DNA of 64,000 nucleotides from Macrostomum lignano (Eukaryota): NCBI GenBank assembly GCA_002269645.1, contig NIVC01000555.1, positions 244,482 to 308,481 of the forward strand, read 5' to 3'. Shown piece by piece: positions 34,101 to 47,295 of this stretch (position 1 is its first letter; each line of letters starts with the position of its first letter). The notes under the pieces were generated by a model. It saw only the letters and a program-made list of their open reading frames with translations, ran no database searches and was not told where the DNA came from. The position numbers and the translations under genes were made by a program.

Positions 34101-37100
34101 GACGATTATTGATTTCATTGATTTGGTATCCTAGAGTAACCGATAGGGACACACGACTCCGATTCCGTAATTTTCAGAAAAAGACACCCTTTATGGAGGA
34201 CCTCGTTATTGTTATAGAGTTGACTTTGTTATTAGGGCGCACCTCTGATTCTGATTTCTGAACTCGAGGAATACGAGTTATGGTGACTCTCACACTCGGC
34301 CGACTTCAGAATTCAAAAAGAAAACTCCGGAGGAAGAATACATTAAGGAGACGAGCTCTACGGACCAGCCTGACGGAAAAGAGGAGCCCGCAATAGTAAG
34401 TGATCACTAAATTCTGTTCCCAGGTTTACGGTCTGGTCTGGAAGTGGGGATTTTCGAGTGACTGATCACCACTCGTAAACTCTCCAGTATTTACGAGTAT
34501 TATATTGACCAGATCATGGGAAGGACTTCAATTTCTAAGAACGGACATAGCCTCTAAAAAATTTAACACTGACTTACTCATAAAATCCCATGTGCGATCA
34601 ACATCTACAATAAGCGGCTGCACATCGCTTGGTTGTTCCACCATCTCTTCTGCTGATAAAACAACTGAACATTCCGGTTCGCCGGCAGCTGCCGTAGTTT
34701 CTGGAACCACTGACTGGTCAAACAAGAGGACCGTGGCCGGATCTCGGTTTCGAATGCGCTCGATGAGTCGGTACTCCCAGTCCACCGACTTGTACACGAT
34801 GTCGCTCCCTGCGAGGATTCTCTGCAGAGTGTGGAACGCCTCCACGTCCTCAGGTCCGAGCTGTCTCTGGCGCTGAAGCGACACTCTGCGCGAGCTCAGG
34901 CGCAGAAACACAATGTCCTTGAACGGATTCCGACCTACGCTGTCGAGCTCTCGAATCACCTGGCACAGAGCGAGGTACTGGGTGTCGAGGAACCTCTCGG
35001 TCAGAGCTACCACCACCTTGCCGCTGAACTTGGCTCCCTCAGCTGGACAGTCAAAGTAGGTGAGCGGACAGGAGCACAGGTCCGAGTAGAGGAAGCTCTC
35101 CGGAACGCACAGCTCGAGCTCGTCTCCGCCTGAGGCGCTGCGCACGCAGTTCAGCACGTCGACCAGACAGTCCTGGTCTCTGTCCGACGCCCACAGCATC
35201 GCGTCGTACGGCAGCGAGTCCCGAGATGCCTGATGCTGCAGTCGCCGACTGCTCTGGTACTTGAGGAGGATGAGGACTCGAACAACGGCCAGCAGTCGGT
35301 GTCGACGGCGGACAGCGAGCATCGCGAGACCGAGCAGCACGAGACCAAATGCTGAGGTAAGAACGATTACGACGATCTGCTTTCGCTGCTGTGCTGCCGA
35401 GTCCGCTATGAGCTCGCACACTTTGACAAGTCTGCCCTCATCGCTCACTTGATAGTCTGTTGAGTTTCCTAGCTTCTCACAGGCCCCATTCCACTTGTGA
35501 TCGTGACTGTTGGCCGTACAGGCGTCAATTATAACTTGGTCGACACTGCAGGTCATACGTTGAAAGTCGGACACAACTTGTGTAGTTTTAGAGACCTGAA
35601 GCAGCGTTTGATGCAACTGCAGCCATTCTTTAGTGCAGGAGCATTGCCACGGGTTGTCACTTAGAGTGATATCCATTAGACTCGGCAAGCAGTTCTCATT
35701 GAAAATCTCAACATCAAGTGTTGTCATGTTGTTATTTTTTAATGATATCCTTTGGGTGTTGTTTGCGAAAGTGCATATCGACTCTTTTTTGAAACTCTTG
35801 ATTCGATTGTGATCCAATTCTATCCGAGTTAGGCGGTGGTCGAAATTAAAAGCCCCGTTCTCAATGTAAACAATGCCACTGTTGCTCAATTTCAGAAACT
35901 CCAGCTGTGCGGAAAAACTCTGAGGCTTCCACTTGAAGGTTCCAGACGATATGTGGCGAAGACTGTCGACACCGTGGATGTCTGACATGTCAATTTTCTT
36001 TACTGGATAGTCGATAACCAACTGTGACAGACTGAGAGATTCGTTTTGACATTGTAAGTTGAAGAATGTCCAGTCTTCATTGTGATAACAGGAGCATCCT
36101 GCCATGCAGTACACCCAGCAGTTTTTAGAACCCGTGCAGTTCCTGCTTGGTAGATTGTGCTTCTCGTTGCCTTCAAAGTTGCAGAGAAATCGTACAGACT
36201 GCTTCTTGGCCTCACGGAGAGAGAGATTTACTTTGCCTCTGTCAGGATCAAAAAACGTGCAGTTTGAGTCCATCTCCTCATCCGGAATTCGGGGATAATG
36301 GTATTCGCTATGTTCGGCCCACGGGGAATTCTCCTCTTCGAATGTCTTCATGTAGACACTGCCGCAGTCGCAGACTAAATTATTTTGCTGGTTCTTTGCG
36401 TACAGCACCACTCTGGAGCCCAGTGTCGTTCTCTTCGTCATAGTCATGCTGTCGTAGTAGATATGCCGCAAGTTGTTGTTGCTGAGGTCAATGAAGTCCA
36501 GCATCTTAAGATTATTGAATGCACCTGTTTCAATCGCAGTAATGCAATTATTGGCCAGCTTAACTCTGTGCAGTTGAGAAGATCTTGGCACGGAGTCATA
36601 CTGGACGTTTCCTAACTGATTGTGCTGAATACTGATCTCCTCCAGTCGCTCTAAGCTGGACAGTAAGAAGTACGTTAGTTTATTATCATCCAAATTCAAA
36701 ACAAGAAGACTAGATTTTAAGCGGGACTTTGCGAACGCTTCCGGGTTTATGGTGGTAATCTGGTTGCCTTGGAGATAGAGTTCCGCCAATTGGACCTGCG
36801 AATAGCAAAAATTTAGACAGGCACTTTGGTAAATACTACTTGTGATTGCAATCAAAACTCGCAGAATGTTTAGCTAATGAATATGAGGGGCCCCACACCT
36901 TCGCAGTTTCACTCATTGTTTGACCTCAATTTTTATAACCCTTCGTTTTGATGCCCTCTCTCTCCTCTCACTTAGGGGCTGAGTAGCAAAGCAGTAGCAA
37001 AGCAGTCTCGGAAACTTAGCGATTAGCGCTTGAAGGCACAGAGAGAGTCCACATGCCTGACGCTTATAAAGTCAGAGCCGCTGTACACTCTGTGTGAGCG

Positions 37101-39823
37101 TATGTGTTCAAGAGTCGGCGGAAGAGGCAATTTCCGTCGGTTGTGGGACAATTTTGAGCTAAGACGTTGCGCCAGGGTGCTTACAACCCCTCTTGAAATT
37201 TTAGTGTAAACAATTAACTAAATAAGTTATTTACTCACGTTATACCAGGGCTGAATTTCGCCGATCAGTTCGATTCTATTGTAGGACAGGTCCAAAATCT
37301 TCAGAGTCTGCGCGGAGGCCCTAAACCAGTAGCAGTGTCTGTTATTGTCCGTTCCGTTTCGCACCGGCGGAGGCCAGCAGATCCAGTCGCGGTACAAGCC
37401 GGAGATGCGGTTGTGGCTCAGGTTGACAGTCTGGAGGTTCCCAAACAGGCTAAGCGAATAGGGGATCTCTGTTAGCATGTTGTTCGCCAGGTTGAGGTAG
37501 CTGAGTTTCACCCCCCAAGGAACCTGTTTGCTCAAGTTTTGCTTGTCGCTCTCATGAAATTCCTGATGACCAAACACTAACGAAAAGTCAATATTATCGT
37601 TGTCCATCATGTCGTACAGGTATGTCACTTTATTCAGTCGGCCTGAAGCATTGTACATTTGCTCCAGTTTGTCTAATGCTCTCTGAGTAAGGTTGTTTCC
37701 ATCAATTCCCTTTGTTCCGTTTTGCACCCGCTGCGCCACCAACTTGTCCAATGCATCGAGAGTTATTTGAAGTGCGTCGCTGCCGAACTCGGTAACGCTG
37801 CAATGAGCCATTGTCAGACTATCAATGTTTCTCAGAGCCATTAGTCCTTTCACTGACACCCATGTGATTGGAGTGTTCCAAATTTGAATACTGTGCAGGC
37901 TTTGGCATCTGTACATGAGGTATTCGGGCAGGTACCAAATGTCGACAGTATCCAATTTCAGGTACTTTAACCAACAGTCCGACTCATTGAAGTTGTTCGG
38001 ATAATTGACTTCCACAGTGTAGTAGCCGCCGACCCCAGGCCTCTCTGGAATTCCGAACTGCGCCACCTTCATTTTGTCGCTAAGGTTGACTTTCTCCAGT
38101 TGCAGCTGGCGGGCGTCAACGTTAGCGCTGATGACCTGGCAGTTGAATATGTTGACCGCGGGTGGTGGATACACCTACAATGCAGCGTTTTTAGAGTGGA
38201 ATTATTCAAGACATTGTTAGATACTTGGTGATGGCGGGTTGCATCACTTTTTCGGAATTTTCGTCATTGCTGCTATTCTTGTCACAAGTCGGTTGAATCG
38301 TTGGTTTTGACTTTAATTAAAACAAAATAAGTTATTATTCTTTAGTTAAAATTCTGACCGCCAACTGATGTTTCCTTTCCTGTGGACATGTGCTTTGACA
38401 AAACCAGTATAATAGCATAACCAGCTAGAATAAAGACGTAAAACTACAGAATGCCACACGTTTGCAACCGAACTGATCAAAACTCAGCATTGAAGTGCAG
38501 AAACGACAAGCACCAGGGGCCCGTGCTATAGATTCAAGAGCTAGGGGTTTTGGAGTTGGGAGTCAGGAGGGCTCCTAGCAAGGAGTCAATCGATTTTGCG
38601 TGCTCTAGAGCTCAAGAATCAAGAGTTAGGACCTAGGAATTGTTCCAAGGAGTGCGGCATGGGAATGAGGAGGAGTTCTAAGGAGCGTAAGGTGATTGGC
38701 TAAGGAGTCTGCCAATCTGCGAACTATATTTAAACTCCTAAATGTACACATCCTTGGGTTTAATTCAAGGAGTAATTCGACAAAATATACGGTTCAATCT
38801 TTATTACCCTGTCAAAAGCGGGAGCTAAAGCAATAAAACCATTTTAGACTGCCCATTTGGTTAGGAGCGAAAGGGAGCGCATTTAATTAGTTGATAGACT
38901 AGACCATAGAAAACGGTTAACTGCTGTCGTAATTAATTAATTGCTCCCATTTGATAAACAACTAACTTAATTCGTATAAGAAATATATATAAGAAGGGTA
39001 CTGTTACAGACCATAAAATTGGTCATTATTATACTCATCCAAGCAGTGCTCGTTTTATGGCACAAAAAATAATACATATGGAATCCTAATTACCTAAGAT
39101 GACTTTTTTTGTTTTAAGATGTTTGTTGAAACTGGCGTACAAGAATGTAGAAGTGCATGGGGTAACATAAGCCAGTGGCGGATCCAGCAGGATTTGAAAA
39201 GTGAGGGCTGACAGGTAGAGGCAAAACATGACAAAAATAACACTCCTACGAACCTAGGAGTATAATTTGGCCCTTAAAATCTTAACTTGGAGTTAGGAGC
39301 TAGAAATGAAATTCGCTCCTTCTATATTGGACACCCGCTTCAAAGTAATCTCTATGAAAGAGCCGCAATTCATGAACCCTTGCAGTTTGTAATTTCGAAA
39401 TTTAATCCACAACGAGTTTGTTTTTTAGATCCACAATTGCTTTCCAATCACCTGTACGCCCATTTGCGTCTTGTCGTGCCTGAGCGTGAGCTGTCGCAGG
39501 TCGAGAGTGACGCATTCGCGACATCCGGAGCAGTTAATCGAAAGATGCGCTGCCACTCGGTAAGGAATTTCGTCGCACGGAATGCGGGGTGCTGGTAGCA
39601 GATTTGCATCGAATGTCTTGGGGTAAATTTCGCAACTGTAATCGAACTCAGATGGGTCGCCGTAGCTACAGAGGCACTCATGGGTCTCGCTGCTATTTCC
39701 GTTGAAAACTAAATATCTGCCTTGGATAAGTTCCTCCGGGAAATCAGCATTTTTGTCGATGGAGCCTTTAGCGTACGTCCATGCCACCGCGGCGCAGCAG
39801 AGGAGGAAGACAGTGAACTTCAT
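31190..39823 (-). CDS. Toll-like receptor copy 2, intact, predicted 1,364 aa twin-TIR receptor, 5 exons
   Basis: Exons 39823-39452 (372 nt), 38174-37239 (936 nt), 36795-34578, 31860-31451 and 31348-31190, totalling 4,095 nt in one open frame. Exon 1 and 2 lengths are identical to copy 1. Signal peptide MKFTVFLLCCAAVAWTYA. Confidence 0.88.
32808..34460 (+). mobile_element. LTR-like insertion in TLR copy 2 intron 3 (boundaries uncertain)
   Basis: This intron is 2,717 bp versus 166 bp in copy 1. Candidate TGTAGTGA start at 32808, TATAAATA at 33301, a transcription-factor site cluster upstream, and PBS-like TGG motifs at 34124, 34281 and 34434. No TSD confirmed. Confidence 0.45.
32948..33308 (+). 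promoter_or_regulatory. AP-1 / E-box cluster followed by a TATA box
   Basis: TGACTCA at 32948 and 33022, TGAGTCA at 33154 and 33205, CACGTG at 33114 and 33274, TATAAATA at 33301. Confidence 0.6.
37034..37195 (+). mobile_element. 3' half of the same SINE at the orthologous position in TLR copy 2 intron 2
   Basis: GGCACAGAGAGAGTCCACATGCCTGACGCTTATAAAGTCAG…GTTGCGCCAG…CTTA.AACCC matches about 28183-28335. Confidence 0.6.
39173..39187 (+). mobile_element. Isolated TIR of the hAT-MITE family seen at 7883-8059
   Basis: CAGTGGCGGATCCAG is the exact reverse complement of the right TIR at 8045-8059. The partner end was not found. Confidence 0.45.
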
Positions 39824-41980
39824 AATTCCTGCTGTATATTGTCAGTTGAGCTCTCTTTAGAATTTTAAGAGTGCTTTCAGTTGCTCTGTTTGGCGTTTTA
39901 GACGATTTTCAAATCGTTTAGACGTACGCTCGAACGAGCGTATTCTGCTATTTGAAAAAGTTGTCACTTTTGCTTCTTGTTGACGTTCTATTATGGTTGG
40001 CTGGTGCTAAATGCTTGATGAAGATATTTAATAATTAATAAGCGAGGTTTACCTGTCGCTGTCTACTGCGTGAATGTCCGCAGCTTTGCAGGCTACGAAG
40101 TTCTCTTTCAAATTCTGACCGCCAATTTATGTTTCCTGTAAACAGCTGTTGCGAACTAATTGCGAAGTAGCCATATGTTTTGCCTTCAATTTATAATTTC
40201 CTGTCAGGTGACTTGGCAGAAATTTGTCTTTCGGTCTGTTATTGTACCGCATTTCTTAGTGTATATCTGACTGATCTGATCAAAATTGACATCCAAATTG
40301 GGCCGTAGCAACCAGAGGTTGAGCGCCAAGGTGACAAAAGCGAGAGCGAAACCCTGGACTTCTTTGGCAGCTCTTTGATTTTGAGTCTCGAGGCTGATAC
40401 TTCCAGTACTTGTACATAGAACTTTATTTGCAACCCAGGATATTGCATGCCATTAATTATAAGGTATGCCTACATGTATGGAAGTGACAGTGGAGACAAA
40501 GAATTGGGGCCAGTTTAGAAAATAATGATCGTGGTTTGAGCAACTAAAAACGGACAAGCTCGTATTAGTCAACAGTTGATAAGTTTTTTCCCTCTTTAAA
40601 ACCATTTGCTTTTGCACTTGCTTGATTAAAATTTTCGGCTTTTTGACTGAGTAGACAAAGAATTTTATATTCGTGGAGCAAGGAAATTTTTTGAGACAAT
40701 TACGACCAAAAGTAAAAATTTTTCCTTAAAATTGCTAATTTTCTTACTCGTAGAGGCAAAAGATACCCTCTTAGTAGTAGCTTGAACATTCTCGAAATGC
40801 TTTTTGTCTGCGGATGAAATTAAAACTGCCATTTTATTTGTGTGAATGCTTTGGAACTTCAGTGATTTCAGCAGTTCGTCTGGCTTCCAAGGACCTGCGC
40901 GTCGCTTTGGACTAGCCTGTGGAGTCCTTCCAAGCTCTAGTCGAGACCGTACTGTTATGCAGCGCTGAGACGTGAACACTAAAGGACACCCTCGACTAGC
41001 AGGTTGACAAGTTCGCTTCGAGCTTCCAACGCGGCACTGGTCCGTCCAAGCGACTTGTGGCGCGGCCAGTGACTCCATCTGCAGGCCGCATCATCCGCGT
41101 CCACGGAGATGCAGTTTCTACCCAAAGTCTAGGAGAGGAGCTGCTGTTGTGGATTAAGGCCTGCGGATCGCTGATTGAAACGCACCCTGTGACGCTGTTC
41201 TTAGTGACAGCGTATTCTGATGCGGTTGCTTTGCTGTTTTTGCTAGCTAAAATTACTATTTTGATAAATTTACTATTCCTTAAAACAATCGAAACAAGAC
41301 CAGACGACAATGTTACGAAATCGCATTGGTTACTGCTGGCAGCGAAATTTCTTGCGTGCTGCCACTCATTCGAGCTAAAAGCAAGCATCAGTGAATCTGC
41401 AGCCGGTGCCGCTTTTTCCTGTCGAATGACCCGAATAAAAATCTGCTATAGTTTTGTTTCTCCGCCTTGCAGCAGCCTGCTAATCCATCGGCATCATGCA
41501 GTCACGCAGTAGATCAGCAGACTGTGCATCGGGCCTTAGAGTCGCCTGTCCGAATTTAAACCCGCGGCCTAGCCGAGTTATGCAACATCAAAGACCCCAA
41601 AGTCATCGCCCAGTCATATAGTTGGAATTAGCTCGACCTTGCCTAGCGATACAGTCATGCTAGAGCAGCAGCAAATTGAGCAGAATCTGCCGCCAGCCAT
41701 GCGCGAACTCATCCGGGACACTTTCGCCTTTCGTGATGATCATCTTTTAGATTTCGGAACCGGGGTCTGCGGCTGAATTATTGCCCGGAGCAAAGAACAA
41801 GATAGATATTGCTGGCATGAATGGGGACTGGGAGGCATGGGGACACTTTGCTTTGAGGTATGGCAAAACAGACTTGGAAGATACAGACATTGAATTTTCC
41901 CAAATACCGGTAGTGTTCTGGTGCTTGTCACATTCTTCATAGGTGTCTTTAATAGCTTAGGTTCACGATCTGATTTTCGG

Positions 41981-42266
41981 CTGACTGACTGACTGACTGA
42001 CTGACTGCCTGACTGACTGACTGACTGACTGACTGACTGACTGACTGACTGACTGACTGACTGCCTGACTGACTGAATGACTGACTGACTGACTGACTGA
42101 CTGACTGACTGACTGACTGACTGACTGACTGACTGACTGACTGACTGACTGACTGACTGACTGACTGACTGACTGACTGACTGACTGACTGACTGACTGA
42201 CTGACTGACTGACTGACTGACTGACTGACTGCCTGACTGACTGACTTACTTACTTACTTACTTACT
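41981..42266. repeat. (GACT)n microsatellite grading into (TACT)n
   Basis: Read directly from the sequence. Confidence 0.98.
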
Positions 42267-43735
42267 TGACAAAACCATTACTAGCGGCAACGCCAACGGC
42301 CCAAATGTAATCGAAAATCGAGCATAAAATCTGAAAAAACGCCAAAACACAAAATAGCGCCAAGTCATCCTGGTGACTGGGTCGCGTCTGGTAAACTGCA
42401 AACAGCCACCGGAGGGAAAGCTTGATGACGATGCTTGGAGGAGATCGCAGCTGGGCAGTCGGGGGGGGGGTCTTATCTCTCCAGATGGCAATCTAAGGAG
42501 GGTTGGGGCGCATACAACACCGCGAGCTGATAGAAGTGGCTCCAGACACAGGGGAGGGGGATTCGCTGACCCGTTATTAATGCTATGGCAGACTGCATGG
42601 CCCGATGGCTCCACTTTGATTTCGGCATACCTGCGTGTGTGCGTGTGTGTGGGTGCTGCGGGTTGCTGAAGGCGCGCACACATTTTCACGGGGCGTGTCT
42701 CTACAAGAAGTCGCGAAAACATAGGAAAATCTCTCCGCGAAAGCCGCAGCACTCCTCCGGGGCTACGGGGGGAGGGGGTGGGGCAATTCAACCCGAAAAA
42801 ATAATGCATTTTTACCTATGCTACGTAAACGTAGACAATTTGACCCGATCGGCTCAATTGGGGAAGCGGCCAGCAGCTAGGGACCCTCAGGCCAGTCATG
42901 GACTTCTAGATAGACGGATTGGAATCGGATGAAACAAACCGACGGTAAGCGTAAATCGCGGTATGATATCCTTTGACTTTGTGAAGTTTTGTATTTATTG
43001 CGTGGCTTCTAAGCGTGAAAGCGGTGAAAGGCTGGTGTGAAAGCGTAAAAACATCAGCCAAGTTAGTTTCCACTCCAGATTTTGTGTCCAGAACGCCATG
43101 CGCTTCGCCCCGCCAATCTTCTTCTGGTTAGGAAAAAGAAATCCTACAGAGCTCAGCGAAGGAGAAAGGAGCTCCTAGAGGCGAAAGGGATGCCGCGGCT
43201 ACGGTTTGCAACTCGTGCTCTCAGTCCCGGTGCCAAATAGCGGGACAGGAAAACCGTGGGCTTGCGGCGTCGCGTAAGAGACTGCGCAAGCTGTTGCGCC
43301 TTATCGGAGAATAAAAATATGCATTCATAAATATGTATTGTTGTATCAATGGCCCAAGGGCATGGATTTAAAATATGCGGCGAAGGATTATTTATGCTCC
43401 ATAGGATTTAGCGTATATTACAGAGAAATTTATGAAACATTTCCTGCTCTATACTGACTTCCTGAGTTGGAGCACTTCAAGCCAAAACCAAAAGGTTATT
43501 TGGTTCCGCGAAAAAAGTATTATTTTACAATCAAATTTTTGCTATAAACAGATCTTCGGTTTTCTTGCAGGTAAGCAGACAAAATTGCAGGTAAACAGAA
43601 ATGGCAAAACCGTTTGCATTTGGAATTGCTTTGAAATGGCTGTAACCATGGCGCTTTATGCCCACAAACTGTACTGTACGCTTCAGATTGCCAAGCTTTA
43701 TGACGATATTTTCGAGTATTGCCATTTCTTCATCC

Positions 43736-44790
<1,055 letters not shown>

Positions 44791-45214
44791 CATACCATGG
44801 GAATCAGGAAAATCGCTAATTCCGTGGGAATATTCGGTAGAAACGCAGCCTGCGCCTCATCATCGGCGCCCTACCAGCCTCCGCAGTACGCGTATTCGCT
44901 CTTTAGAGCAATAAAAAGAATTCAAAATGCAAAAAGACCGCCAAAAGAGCTGCAGGTTTCTGAAAGCGAAAGCACCCGCCTTATTAAAACTGCTTCGGGC
45001 TGGCACAGCTTTCGGACTCCCAATGGCGCTTGCCTGTCAAACTTGTTGCTGGATGTTGCTGCTTTTCAGACTCTGCTTCTGCAGGCTGTTTAATGGAGAA
45101 ATAATTTATTTCGGTTGAAAAACAATTATATTTTACAGCAGCATAGAGGATGAAGAACAGAGAAGCGCAGAGCAGAAAATGAATGTTAGAATTAACGGAA
45201 AATACATGACTCAG

Positions 45215-45665
45215 AGAGGGGGGTGACAGTAGAGAGGGGAGTGAGAGTAGAGAGGGGGAGTGAGAGTAGAGAAGGGAGTGAGAGTAGAGAGGGGAATGAG
45301 AGTAGAGAAAGGAGTGAGAGTAGAGAAGGGAGTGAGAGTAGAGAGGGGAGTGAGAGTAGAGAGGGGGAGTGAGAGTAGAGAGGGGAATGAGAGTAGAGAA
45401 GGAAGTGAGAGTAGAGAGGGGAGTGAGAGTAGAGAGGGGGAGTGAGAGTAGAGAAGAGAGTGAGAGTAGAGAGGGGAATGGGAGTAGAGAAGGAAGTGAG
45501 AGTAGAGACGGGAGTGAGAGTAGAGAAGGGAGTGAGAGTAGAGAGGGGGAGTGAGAGTAGAGAGGGGGAGTGAGAGTAGAGAGGGGGAGTGAGAGTAGAG
45601 AGGGGGAGTGAGAGTAGAGAGGAGGAGTGAGAGTAGAGAGGGGGAGTGAGAGTAGAGAGGGGGGT
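45215..45665. repeat. Purine-rich minisatellite of about 17-18 bp
   Basis: (GTGAGAGTAGAGAGGGGGA)-like units in tandem. Confidence 0.95.
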
Positions 45666-47029
45666 GAGAGGATAAAAGTGGGGTGAGAGTAAAGGGGGAG
45701 TGGGAGTAGAGAGGGAAATTAGGTTAATGCGATAGAGATAAGAAAGCTTAACTACTGACACCTGATATCAAACACCGGAACCGAAAATAATAGGTTAAGT
45801 ATTTATTTTCATATCTATATATTCCCACCTTTTCAGATTTTAAGCTAGGAGTATACAGTTCATTGCAAATATTTTCTGGTTTCAATTTCGTTCCCAGTTT
45901 GCGCTTAAATTATTCAACGGCATTACCGTATACAAGCGCGCGCTTTGTCCCGCAGTTTTACAACTCTCAAGCAGCTTTCAGTCTCTATTCCAGGAACTGG
46001 GTTCGATTTTTTCTTTCCCCTCTCTCTCTCTCTCTCTCTCTCTCTCGGCAGTGTGTAAAGCTTCTCTCGGGGTCCTGGAGGCGGCCAGACCAAGAGCCTA
46101 CATGTACCCCAAGCCCTCAATATAGCTCGTAGTACACGAATATTGACTTATCTTGAGCTGGATTCAACAGAAATTTCGATCCCACACTCAAATTGTAGTG
46201 ATTGAACGAATTATTAAAATATCACTTCTAAACAGTGGTATCCGCTGGGGGGGGGGCGTTTGAGGGCTTGACCAACTGTCAAGTCAATGAAATAGCTACA
46301 GGTAACTGACAAGCTACATCGCAAATGTAATCCGTAGTCCGTTCGTATATGGAATGAAAAAATGATTTTTTGGAGAGACATTGCCCGTGGATCTCCTTTG
46401 CTTAAGCTTCTCCGTTCGGGCATCGATAGCAGTGGAATACAGCATGGTTGGGACTGTTTACAGGTGTACAGGCCATTGTTGCTGTTCACACTAATTATAA
46501 ACGGCACATCAGGATGCGGGATTAAGCGAAATCTGTCAGTCAATGGCGGATGCTGGGAGGACTGTGGGGCATTCACGATTGAAAAGTGTGCAGTGGTAGA
46601 TATTGGAATGGAATGTTTAGTGTCTTCTCTGTGTGTCAGTCGCTCATTCAACTGTTCGCGCTCCTAACCAGTTTGAGGGCTTGTAAAAGTTAGTGCAGAA
46701 AAAGTTTGTTTTAAATATAACAAAGCTGCATTGCGAGCGTTTGAAATCGTTGCATAAAGCAGAATTGATGGTGAGTCAGTTAACCACGAAGTGAAACTGG
46801 TAATTTTTTTAACGCATGGGTTTTCACTTTCAATCAATGCTTGAAGGTTGTTACTCATTTTGCATTGCAGCTGCAGCTAGTGGATGCAAGCAGCAGAATT
46901 CTCGGATAAGTGCTGGGTGCATAGGACAGGTACACAAACAGATGCGCAGGGTACAAAGGTACACAGAGACATGGACTGATGTACATAGACATGTACACAG
47001 ACCGATAACAGACGGGTATACAGAAACAT

Positions 47030-47295
47030 GGACAGGTATAGGGACAAGTACACAGACACACAGACAGACAGGTACACAGACACATAGGCAGACAGGTAAA
47101 CAGACACACAGGCAGACAGGTAAACAGACACATAGACAGACAGGTACACAGACACATAGACAGACAGGTACACAGACACATAGGCAGACAAGTACACAGA
47201 CACATAGACAGACACACAGAAAGGTACGCTGCAGATACATAGACGGACACACAGACAGGTACGCTGTAGACACATAGGCAGACACGCAGACAGGT
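47030..47295. repeat. 24-bp minisatellite
   Basis: ACACAGACACA(T/C)AG(G/A)CAGACAGGT in tandem. Confidence 0.9.

Noticed and set aside
40665-41940. Several 60-150-aa ORFs upstream of TLR copy 2
   Set aside because: No recognisable domain and no consistent frame or splice structure. At best a decayed TE.
42258-42932. GC-rich ORFs on both strands
   Set aside because: Low-complexity peptides with no homology cues. This may be promoter or UTR sequence, but I cannot support that.
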